Of a DNA stretch of 64,000 nucleotides, positions 33,801-45,708 are shown one piece after another. A program made the position numbers and the translations under genes. The stretch spans positions 1,025,862 through 1,089,861 of the forward strand of contig JBLDXI010000016.1 of the NCBI GenBank assembly GCA_047495785.1, read 5' to 3'. The first letter of the stretch is position 1. Each line of letters starts with the position of its first letter. The DNA comes from Lepidodermella squamata (lineage: Eukaryota; Animalia; Gastrotricha). The notes below the pieces were generated by a model. It was not told the origin of the DNA. It saw only the letters and a list, made by a program, of their open reading frames with translations, and did not search any database.

Positions 33801-36592
33801 CGGCTAAAAAGTCGTTTGAAAGAATTTGCTGAGCTGATGGCCTCAATGTAGGGTCGTCATTGAGCATTGATTGAATTAAATTTCGAAGATTTGAACTGTA
33901 AATCTCGGGTATGGACCTATTTTTCCATCTGAATAGTGAGAAATATGAATGTTTCAGAGATGATTCATCTTTAAAATCAAACCTTTTTACAGCCATTTCG
34001 TAAGTTTCCCCGAGTTCTACTGTGAAAGCAGGTGATTTTAAGCTAGCCAACTCGAATAACGTTATTCCCAGCGACCAGATATCGGATTGTTTAGAGAAGC
34101 TCTGCTTCCTCCATAGCTCTGGGGCGACGTAAACTGCTTCCTCTTTTTCGAGATTAGGAAGTGACTCCAAGCTAGTAAAATGAAAAAAAACTATTGCCAT
34201 CATTCCTAAGATTGAAATTTGATTCTCCAAACCATTTCCGTTTTGTTAGCCCAAAGTCTCCGAGCTTCAATTTCCTACCAACAAGGAAAATATTCTGAAA
34301 AAGAAACATTACCGATTTCGCATCAAATATATAATAGGATAAGATCAATCCATACCAATGGCCTTATATCCCTATGAACGATTTCCAGATCATGAAGTGA
34401 TCGAATGGCTATCGTAAGCTGAGCCAACCATAAGCAAATGAGATTTTCAGGGAAAGGTTGTTTCGATTGAGCAATCAGCGATGAAAAAGCCGAACCTGAG
34501 GAAATGAATTGTTTTATATAAATTGTGTTCGCTTCTTCGTCACTTAGGTACCTATGCCGTAGGTTTCAGTGGTAACAAAAGTATAATCTTTCATATTTGC
34601 AACGTCGAGAACTCGAAACAGGAATGGAACATGGGTGGATTTCAGCCTTTCGTACTGGATATGACACATTTTGCGAAGAATATAACTAAGTTTATTTATA
34701 TTTACCTCTCTTATCGTTGCCTCTTGTTCGTTCGCTGCCCTAGTGGAAATGTAAGCTTTCTTGGTCGGATTTGTGTCATGAAATTCATGAGCGTTTTCGG
34801 AGAGCTGTTCAAAATTAACATTAGAGATTTTTATTCATTTCTTATTTTAATGTTACTGGATTTCCTTACATAATCTTTATTGCCATATCGATATGCGAAA
34901 GAGCCTGAAACATTTATTTGTTAAAAAAAAGGATCGACGGCTTGTGAAAAATTCTAACCAGTTTGAGGCAGAAACAGTAGAGACATTTTATGTTTTGATT
35001 TTAACCAAATCAGCTTATTGAATCCTGAAAATATTATGACTGCAGAGGACGAAGTAGTATAGAAGATTTGGTTACTTATATATTCTTTCGACACTACAAA
35101 TGATTCATTAGGTAATTTCATTCATTAGGTACAGTTTATTCTTCCGTGGAAAAGTGGCTTATCATTTATTTATTTCAGATATTAGCAATTTATTATTTAA
35201 GACTTGTCACTCCCGGTATAAAAGCAAATTTTAAGAAAGCTGACAATTCTTTCTACTTAACTTGACTTAACTTAACTTAAGTTGAGTCACGTTAACTGAT
35301 GTATCGTTCAATATTATTCATACTACAAACGCCGCTTATGCCTAATTGTTTTTACTAAATTTTTAATGTCGCACCCCATTTTTGCAACTGAAATACGGGG
35401 CCTATATCGGCACTGGTTAGTCGAACCTGTTTTAGCTTGGTCGAACCTAGCCGAAGCTGTTTTGGCCTGTTAGAACCTTTCTGTACCGGATAGTCGAACC
35501 TAATAATCGAAGATACTTTTGTTTGGCCTGGTCGAACCTGGGCGAACGTCTTGAGATGTGCGGTCAAACCTTTTCAGGCGTGGTTGGCCGAACTATTTCC
35601 TCACATCGGAGTCCTTAAAAATGTTCGGTCAACTTCGTGTCTAACGCATTTTTAGGATTTGTTTTACAACGTCGATATTTTTGAATCCTGGCCGAACTAT
35701 GTCGAACAAAAATGCCGGCTTCGGTTCGATCAACGATTTAGACGGCTATATCTCAAACTCTCGAAAATCCTTGATTTAGGTGTTCACAGTTCAATTAGAT
35801 CAACTCGGGTTTTTTAATTTTCTTGTCGCGTATATGAAATTTTTCGCGATTTCGAAGCGAAATCTTCGCATGTTCCGCGACTTGCAGGGAAATGAGCCAG
35901 CCATATCTTGTAGAGAATCAAACAGGCTACACGCCGATATGACCATTACCTTCCTGGTCCGTTTGTGCAGGAGACTAGCGTGCGAAGTTTGCCAAAATAT
36001 CTAAATTGCCAAAAGTTCAAATTTTTTCCTTGCGGTGGTTTTCCACCGAAAGAGTACTGAAAAAGTACCGCAGGATTCAGCTTATAGATACAGGATTGTA
36101 AAATTAATTATAATAAAATCATAGAATTATGAATTTTCCAAGATTTTTCTAGCCATGGTTGTAACCCTACAAATTTTTTCAAAGATGATTTCTTCGTTTA
36201 TATTCAGAATTTTGAAGTTTTTGATATTCGGTTCTTTTTTCACTGTTAATATGTGGAAATTTTTCAGGCCATCTTTTGCGATGACAGCAGTTTTAGCGAA
36301 TTCGGTTCTGCTTTCGCTGGTTTTCTCCAGCATTCCACCAACTTCAGAAACTGTCTACTTCGTAACGATGGTCATCATCAAGTTTGTCGCTGGTCTAGTG
36401 ATAACAATGTACACTTTGCTGACGGTGCCTCTAGCTGGCTGGTTGAAAGGTGGCGAACTGATTTCGATCGGCAGGTGGCATCTCACGCGAATTCGATTGG
36501 CGGATATCGTTCTAGGAATTGTGATTTTCATATTAGGACTAACCGCTGATATTTTCTTCTTTTCAAGACTGAGGAATGAAACTACTTACTAA
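30867..36592 (+). CDS. divergent pentameric (Cys-loop) ligand-gated ion channel A; exons 30867-31792, 36268-36592
   Basis: signal peptide, INDVEQ, WHP, C..F..FPFDT.TC loop, RFRRK pre-M1, four TM helices after phase-2 splice AG|G; paralog 38742-40308 has the same junction. Confidence 0.85.
32569..35121 (-). CDS. nested multi-exon gene: NEK-like kinase + TAZ1 zinc finger + KIX + RING-H2 (start approximate)
   Basis: spliced in frame: VHRDIRPLN, KLGDFG, YVAPE, SDIWSLG; QLILILHAHKC...HWQSC...CPVC; YFFLLAEKLYTASKEL; CPIC..CGH.YH..C..W..CPTC stop. Confidence 0.8.
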
Positions 36593-36787
36593 ATGGTTTT
36601 TCTACAATTCTGATGACATTGCTTTAATCGGAAAAAATCCAGTGAAATTTTAAAAATGAATAATAAGACCAGTCTACGGTGTATAAAGGCGGCCGCGAAA
36701 AATGTTAAAATATTTTGTTTGCCTCGAATTTTTTTAATCCGTGACCATTAGGAATATTTTGAAGCGGTTCAACAGTCGATCACGTGT

Positions 36788-37299
36788 AAAACTGTCGATT
36801 GAAACTTGGTCATTTTCAGCAGTGATAACAGGAATCTGATATGGTTTTCAAGTGTTTTGTTTTTAATTGGCACGGATGTTCGGTTTCGATTTGGCTTTTA
36901 TAGCCGCGAAGCGCGCGTATCATGACGTAACACACGCCCAGTTTCCCAGCCCGCGTGTCTCCCACCAGCTGTCACACACGTGTTCAGGAAACTAAAGGAT
37001 TGGAAAAAATTGGATTTGTTTATCTGTCCTAATTAATCTCAGATGTCAAGCTGGATTCACTAATGAGCGTTTCATCGCGCGACCAATTCAGGGCTTGACG
37101 GTGCCGCTACTGCACGCGACAATCGCAGCCCTGTTCACAACATCAATAATGTCGCGTGTCGCGTGGGTCGCTACTACTATTCACAAACTAGTGCTAATTA
37201 GCCTGCGACCTGTAATTGTTAAATTCGATTAAATTGAAGAAAATAAAAAAATGTTGGCAACAAAACTAAAATTATATGGGGGACCACCATATTTCGGTT
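36788..37299 (+). repeat. 512-bp near-identical direct duplication of 37965-38476 (promoter plus first codons of the peptide gene)
   Basis: nearly base-for-base match at offset 1177. Confidence 0.9.
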
Positions 37300-37756
37300 G
37301 CCTAAATTCACTGCTGGGTTTGCTGTATTAGAAGCCCCGCATTTGTTTAAATATACGCTGAAATATATGCTCGTTGCTGCGTAATGCCAGAAAATGGCGG
37401 ATTCGAAAATAAAATAAATTGTGCGATTTGCTTAGCCACGGAAAAAAACTGGCTGTGCTGTGCTTCAAACTTCATGCCCTTTCTTCTGTCAATAGACATG
37501 TTCCGTTGAAAGCATCGCTAAATACCTTATAAAAAACGACACACTTGGCCAATAGATATGTTTTATTAGTTGTTAGTGATCCTGTTAACATGGAGGACAT
37601 CGCAAGCTTTAAAACGACTTGAGTGTTAAGCAGTGAAATGATGAAATCTACTTGAATTCCAACACCTTTAAAACAACAACAAACAGTTATGTCGCGAAAT
37701 CGGCAGTACTGCGGAGGCCAGTGCTAGACCAGTGCGCGGTAGCCAGTTGCCAGTCG

Positions 37757-37990
37757 TCAGCATTCCCAGCCATCCTCGCCGCAACCACCATAACTACTGC
37801 ATAGCCTGAGGTTTTCACTTACGGGTGTCCAGGCTTTCCTAATCACAACTCGTCGACCACTGTTGGTCTCGCAGCAGCAAGTGACGCTCCACGTCCCGCA
37901 GCATCCGGCGCTTACCGAACCAACTTCGAACGAGACAATGAGGCAGGCAACTGCAACGAGCACAAAAACTGTCGATTGAAACTTGGTCAT
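37757..37990 (-). CDS. small secreted cysteine-rich peptide (77 aa precursor)
   Basis: signal MTKFQSTVFVLVAVACLIVSFEVGSVSA then 49-aa mature peptide with 8 Cys (CC, CCC, C, C, C). Confidence 0.75.
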   Translation of the reverse strand: MTKFQSTVFVLVAVACLIVSFEVGSVSAGCCGTWSVTCCCETNSGRRVVIRKAWTPVSENLRLCSSYGGCGEDGWEC

Positions 37991-38741
37991 TTTCAGCAGT
38001 GATAACAGGAATCTGATATGGTTTTCAAGTGTTTTGTTTTTAATTGGCACGGATGTTCGGTTTCGATTTGGCTTTTATAGCCGCGAAGCGCGCGTATCAT
38101 GACGTAACACACGCCCAGTTTCCCAGCCCGCGTGTCTCCCACCAGCTGTCACACACGTGTTCAGGAAACAAAAGGATTGGAAAAAATTGGATTTGTTTAT
38201 CTGTCCTAATTAATCTCAGATGTCAAGCTGGATTCACTAATGAGCGTTTCATCGCGCGACCAATTCAGGGCTTGACGGTGCCGCTACTGCACGCGACAAT
38301 CGCAGCCCTGTTCACAACATCAATAATGTCGCGTGTCGCGTGGGTCGCTACTACTATTCACAAACTAGTGCTAATTAGCCTGCGACCTGTAATTGTTAAA
38401 TTCGATTAAATTGAAGAAAATAAAAAAATGTTGGCAACAAAACTAAAATTATATGGGGGACCACCATATTTCGGTTAACCAACTGCACTGCTGGATCTGC
38501 TGTATTACTTCGAATCTACTTCAAACGTAGTATTATTTTCTTAATTTCCGATATCCATCAAATTATTTTAACGTCAACTTTACATTGTTTTATTACTTGA
38601 CCTCAACTTTCGATCATCAGCCTTGGCAAAATGGAGTTAAGTGAATTCCGTGCGATTACCGTTAATTATGGTATTAAATAAACATTTTCAAAGTAAGAAG
38701 CAAATATATAATCAACACTCTGATAATTCGAGCGAGATATT

Positions 38742-40308
38742 TCAATTCCTAGGTTCATTTCTCAATCTACAAAAGTAAACAACATCAGTTATTAGACCCA
38801 GTATAAGTATGGCTATTCCTAGCACGATATCCGCAAATCGAATTCGGGTGAGATGCCACGTGCCGATCGAAATCAGTTGGCCGCCTTTCAACCAGCCGGC
38901 TAGAGGCACCGTCAGCAGTGTGTACATTGTTATGACGAGACCAGCGACGAACTTGATAATGACCATTGTTACGAAGTAGACAGTTTCCGAAGTTGGTGGA
39001 ATGCTGGAGAAAACCAGCGAAAGCAGAACCGAATTCGCTAAAACTGCAGTCATCGCGAATGATGGTCTGAAAAGTTGAAATTACAACTTTTTAAAGATTT
39101 TATAAAGATTCAAGAAGTGAAGAAAGAATCCATAAATGGAGATAATTCGATAATATAACGAATCTTGGCTAATTAGCATCTTGAGTCAGGAAAAATATTC
39201 AAAAGAGGTATTTGATTGATATGATCAGGAGGCTGAAATAATTTCGAAATAGAAATTAATTATTTTGTAGCTGGAAATTTTCGTCGGTTTGTGACGAATA
39301 AATTTAATTATATTAATTTTGCTGAAAACATTTCACATTTGCCTTTAAAATTATTGGCAGTACTTTCTTAACATTTTACCTGTCTGGAAATTCAGGTGGT
39401 AAGAATAGGCACGTGATTTGTAAGAAGAAGGTGGCATAAGACGGAATCATCATACTCGCGACGTAGTAGTTGTATTTACGCCTGAATCGACTCGTTAACA
39501 CCATTCGCGAAAACACGCCTGTCGACTCGGAAGCATTCAGACTCTCCCCCGTAAAAGTCCGACCTAAATCGTCAGGATACGCCAGTTCCCAAACATCGGT
39601 ATCGCTTATCAGATTCGTACTTAGAGACGCATCCGTCCCATAAAAAACAACATCATACCAAAGGAAGTCACTACTCTCCTCGGGTTCAAACTTCATTTCG
39701 CAAGTCAACGTGTCGAATGGAAAGTGTTTAAATGAAAATGACGAGCAAGACGTGTCGATTCGCCGGGTGTAACCGATGTAAGCCTGAGGCCCAGAAGCCA
39801 TGAATGGGAAGATGAATACGATATCTCCATCTGCTCCATTTTCCAACGGCCGAGTCGTTTCATAAGCGTTGAGATGGGCCAAGTAGGGGTGCCAGACGTC
39901 TCGAGGCGTTAGGAGAAAGTATAAACTTTGAACCCGGTCTTTCGGTAATTTGCACAACGGCGAATCTGGTACGATTTTGTTACAATCGTAGACTGGACAA
40001 GGAAACGCCCATTCAAAGGTGAAGTATAGGAAAAGGGACATTCGCTGCTCGACGTCGTTGATCTGAATGAAGCGGAAAATGTAAGCGGCTGTTTTGACAC
40101 GAAGTGCCTGGGTGAAGTTATTCCTGGCCACCGTTTCGCTCGGGACGCTTCGAGACATCACGACCGGGCACCATTTGTAGACGTACTCCTTCTGCAATTC
40201 CTCCATCAACGCTTTTGTTTGTTTACTTGAATCAAAATCGCATCGAACTAAAATATTCCAGGTTAATCCTGAAATAAGTATTATTAATATTGTAAAATAT
40301 TGCTTCAT
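38742..40308 (-). CDS. divergent pentameric ligand-gated ion channel B; exons 40308-39380, 39066-38742
   Basis: near-identical protein to channel A, 313-nt intron. Confidence 0.87.
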
Positions 40309-40971
40309 AGTTTAGTCAGACGCTTTCAGTGTGTCGATAATTCATTCAGAGGAATGTGTGCTGATACCGTTCGATAATTTTCAGTCTCCCAGGAGGCTCG
40401 GTTATATCGAACCATATTTTACAGCTTTTCAAGGTGAATTATTTATGAGACTAGTAGATATTTGCCTACAATCAAAGGGTGGTTTAATTTCCTGATTTGG
40501 CAGGCAATTTTTAGAACATAGCGCAACACATTGTTGACTTGTTAATCGATTCAACTATTCAACTATTCAACTGTAGTCATAGAAACTCTCAAGACTCTTT
40601 GCTGCGTTCACTGGAATGAAATGCCGTTATCGGAGCTGAAAACAGTAGATAAACGAGTTGGTTTTGCAAATCGTCAATAAATGATTACACTTTTTACATG
40701 TAACTGCCGTCTGCCGCCTTTCACTTCAACACTGACATAAACATCCGAACTTCAGCATTTGAGTTGTCAACGATGTCAGCTGGTTGTTGAGTCATTCATA
40801 GAAAATATACGAGGTTCTGCCAAAGGTTCAGATAAGACGTTAGACAATAATGGCATTTACTAAAAAAAGGTAACTGAAGAAGTTTTCCGTTCGATTCGAA
40901 ATTTTCTCTGATTGAGTCATCAAATGGCGTCAAAGAATGTCCTCAAAGTGATAGTTAATAAATTGTTTAAT

Positions 40972-43900
40972 TCAGTGTACTGTCGTTTTGGCGGCGTTCT
41001 TCAAAATATGGACGATGTCGGGATTATTAGCGATCTCACTTGGAGTGATGCCGTTGTTATCAGCAACACAAATCATTTCTGGAGCTTCTGCTGCTAGGAA
41101 TCGAACAACTTCAATGTGTCCATTATACGAGGCAGTCCATAACGGAGTTCTACCGTTGCTATTAGCTTTAGAAACTGCGGCGGGAGCTTCCTTTGCAAGG
41201 AATTCAACAACTTCGAGATGGCCGTTTTGAGCAGCAATCCATAGCGGAGTTCCACAACTGCCGCAAACCATAGAAAGATTTTCAGGAGCTTTCTCTGCCA
41301 GGAATCGAACAACTTCCAAGTGACCATCAAAGGCGGCTAGCCAAAGAGGGGCTGTGCCGTTGTTATCAACTATTGAAACCGTGGCTGGTGCTTCCTTCGC
41401 CAGGAATCTAACAACATCGACGTGGCCATTTTGAGCGGCCATCCAGAGGGGGGTTGTTCCATTGTTGTTAGACATTGAAGTCGTAGCTGGCGCTTCCTTG
41501 GAAAGAAATCGAACGATTTCACCATGGCCACTTTGAGCGGCCGTCAGTAGCGGCGTTGAGCCCTTTTTGTCAGCCAGTGAAACTGTGGCTGGTGCTTCCC
41601 TCGCTAGGAATAGTACAACCTCGATGTAACCATTTTGAGCGGCAATCATAATCGGAGTTGTACCAGTATCATTAGCAAGTGAAACAGTGGTTGGCCCATT
41701 CTTCGCCAGGAATCGGACAACATCCATGTGGCCATTTTGAGCGGCCATCCAGAGGGGGGTTGTTCCATTGTTGTTAGACATTGAAATCGTAGCTGGCGCT
41801 TCCTTTGCCAGGAATTGAACAACTTGTATGTGTCCATTGCAAGCTGCGGTACCTATCGGTGTTCTACCGTTTTTATCTGGGGTAGAAACGGTGACGGGTG
41901 CTAACTTTGCTAAGAATTGAACAACTTCGATGTGGCCACTTTGAGCAGCAATCCATAACGGGGTTGCGCCGTCGTTTTCAGCCGCAGAAACAGTGGCGGG
42001 TGCTTCTTTTGCCAGGAAGCGAACTAGCTCGATGTGGCCATTTTGAGCGGCACTCATAAGCGGAGTTCTGCTGTCGTTATCAGCTGTCAGAACCGTTGCT
42101 GGCGCTGCCTTTGCCAGGAATCGAACGACTTCGATGTGACCGCTTGCAGAAGCTATCCGCAGCGGAGTATTACCGGCGTCATCCGGCGTAGAAATCAAAG
42201 CTGGTGCTGCTTTCGCCAGCAATCGGACAACTTCAATGTGGCCATTTTGAGCGGCAATCAATATTGGAGCTGTAGTAAGCGTGGAGGGGGATTTCTCAAT
42301 TATGTAAGCTGTCATTTCCGCCGACCCTTGGAGTGCGGCAATTAGCATAGCTTCCTCAGCTTCAGCTTGGTTGAAAAGGAGTTTCGATGCTGTGAAATCT
42401 TGCTTTAACACCGCTTTAATGAACTCTGAATCTTCATTAATGATCGCGCAAGCATTCAAATACGTTCTTGCTTGATATCTCCAATGGTGCCCATAAAAGA
42501 AGTTCGTTACTTTGTCCCTCTCGTATTTCAGCGTCTCTATGTCATCGTCGTCCCAAATTTGCATCAGAAAAGCCAAATCATTGTGCTCCGCTATGCATTT
42601 TATGTAGTTTTGATTCTGGTTTCCGTGCAGCCTTGCAAGTATCCATTCAATCAGGCGATAGGAGTGATGCACTCCATACATTTTGAAGTCATCGTCCGGT
42701 CTTCGACTGAAATTGTCGTCCCATTCTAAGCCATAGAGAAAATGAATGAAAGACTTGGCCTCGCGTTTACTTATCGACGTGCAAATTTCCAACAACGCAT
42801 CGCAACTCAAAGTCTCCAGGATATCACGCAGCAGTTGCCGACGAAGTGGTTCATGCTTTTGACCAGTTCCGCCCTTGAAAAACTCGAACAGCATCATATC
42901 GGCATTCGATACATTCCTTCTATGAAGAAGGAACAATCGGACTTTGTTGTAAAGATCGGCGTCATTTGAAGCTGTAATTTCGAAATCTTTAGCAGCTCGG
43001 CGAAAGCCGGCCTCCCAAAGCAGCTGATGCACAGACGAAAGCTCATGGCCCAGCCCAACTGCTCTGATAACAGCTCGCTGATCAAAGGCATTAAGAACGT
43101 CTTTAGCCCTCAGGGTAGGTGTCAGTTGACTCCATAGCATCGTTAAATGTTCGACTGAAATCAAATAGTTGGGCCCAAACAGCAAGTAAGCATAGAAACA
43201 CTGCCGATAGTTGTCTCCAAGTCTGTCGAGAGAAAACTGCAACAGACTGTCGACTGTTTGCTCTTTGAATCGGTAATCGCCACCCGTAATAGCAGTATTG
43301 AGGTCGTTGGTCTTTTGATTGACAATCTCTTCATACTCCTCGTCCCAGTTGTAATTTCCGAAGAGAAAGCGATTAGCAACGAGTGACATGATCAAAGGCA
43401 AACCACAACACATTTTAGCGAGGTTAGCTATCTTTTCCTTGGCGCTATCCTTCAATTTCACTTTCAAATCGCAAGTTGATTCGAGAAATCGTTCGATCGC
43501 TTCATTCGCGAGACGATCGATCTTCTCCAATTTGTAGATGAGCTGCCGCTGTTGCATTAAGATTGGAAATGGGTCACGAGTGATGACACAGCAGGACATT
43601 TCTGATTGCTCTTGAACAAAGAAGCGAAGCAATTCCACGTTGAACATATCATCGAGAACGACTAAAACGCGACGCCGTTTTTTATCGCGAAAATACTCGC
43701 TGATGTGCGATAGTTCTGATCCGACGAATTCAACTGCGGCTTTTTTCGCCAGAGCTATTAGACTTTCGCGGAATTCTTTCTTAGCTGAGTCGTCGAAAGT
43801 TGTTTCTTGCCATTTGAAACACTGAAGCCATAGAACAACTGTTGGGGATTGCAGCCCTCTTGGGATTGATTCGCTACCTAACAGTTTCGCCATCAAAACA

Positions 43901-44785
43901 GATTTGCCGACACCTCCCTCGCCGGCGACAACAAGGAGACTGGTGTTGCCTATAGCGACACAGGATCTTTATAAAGCTGAATCTTAGAGATAGGACTACT
44001 CACCTTTTGCTGGTTTATTGCAGATTTCGATTAGATGTTTCATCATTTTGGCTTCTAGGTCTTTCCGCTCAAAATAGTTCGAGATGCTTATAGGTAGCTT
44101 TGAAGCGTAGAATCGATTCAAAACGACTCCTTTTTGAGCCGGCATTTTGAGAATCAGCCGGATTTGCTGGCAAATGTCATTTGCATCATCGTGGAAGTGC
44201 ATGGCCTCCGTGCGCAAGAACACTCGAAGTAAATTTCCCAGGTTTCGAGACTCGCCAAGTTGGACAAAGTTGTCTTCCAAATTGACGAGGAGAACTTTCT
44301 TTTTCTTGAAGATGGCATAGTCGAATTCTTTAGCGGAATTGGAACCTTCTCTAAGGTATGGCTCGCAGAGGAAGCAAACAACGATGTCAGCCCAGTCGAC
44401 TTTCTGTTACTGGAATCATTAAGTCGAGAGACGTCTGGAAGAGATTGAAAACTTGCCTCAATCATCGCCTGATCGAGATCACCGCAGATTTTATGAATAT
44501 CTAAAAACACATCAAAGTCTTGCTGTTGGCTGAGATATTCATCTGCGACTTTTCGAACATCGTCTTCCCGATAACTCCAAGAATAGCTGACGAAAACACG
44601 AGCCTTACTAATGGCGCCGGACGATTCTGATAAAGGTTTCCCCATCTCTGGTAAAGCTCGCTTCCCAGTTGTCACAGTCGATTCTGGCGAGGATTTATCA
44701 ATCGTTTTCTTTCAAATCGTTCAAGCTGTTACTATAGATGGGCTATAATAATTGCGAAACTTACTTGCACCGTACAATTTCCCAT
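40972..44785 (-). CDS. TIR - NB-ARC (STAND) - ankyrin repeat receptor, 4 exons
   Basis: MGNC N-terminus with CCACCATGG context; VFVSYS/VFLD/KEF TIR; GEGGVGKS P-loop, VLVVLDD Walker B, GLPL; ~13 ankyrin repeats. Confidence 0.85.
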
Positions 44786-45708
44786 GGTGGGAAGGTATAA
44801 AACAGATATGCCTTCCTTGTAACCAATAGTTTCAACTCAACAAAAATCGGCTAATCGAGAAAAATACTCTGATCACTTAAACGGAAGCATTTGGGGTACC
44901 AACGGAAATGCCGGTGTATTTTGCTGTAGCAATCTATTCGAATTTTGGCATCATCGATCTGAATATGCACTGAAAACGTGTATCCTAGAAACGCCCGCTT
45001 TTTTGTTGACGAAAAATTCATAAGGACTTATTTTGTCAATCGATCGATTCAATCGATTCACTCCATCGGATTTCAGTTATAAAAACTCAAGACTCTTTAC
45101 TAATGTCGAAGCTATCTACATATCGAAAAGTGACCGAATTGATGTTTTCCTTTTATTCCTCCTAATGATAGAGTACGGCGACAAATCAGCAACTGCGCAA
45201 AACAGCGAATGCGACGAAACAGCAATTTTTTATTTCGCGAAAAAACATCAAAAACTAAGATGCATTGTATTTCTTTGTTTATTTTGGTGATTTCCTTATG
45301 AGGAATCACCGCAAAAAAACCGAAAAACTTCTTTAAAACAATATAAAAAATGCAAAATAATACTCATGTTTTTCATAATGTATTTTTCAAATAAGAACCT
45401 GATGATAAAATTTGTCTTCATTGTGGAAATCAATCATGCATGTCGGCAATTTAGCACGGGACTGTGCCATACTCCCTTTATAGTTCGATCGAACTTATTT
45501 ATTTATTTATTTATGAGCCATACATCCAGGTGACATAATATCGTTGGAAAGCTCAGCTGAAATAGAAATGAGATTAGGAAAATTCTGTACAAAATGTTTC
45601 GTGATATCGAACTTGCTATCGATTCGTTATATCGAATCATAAAACAAAAACGATTAGACGCGAAATTATTGTGTGAAAGCCTAATTTCACACCTATATCA
45701 TCTGTTGG

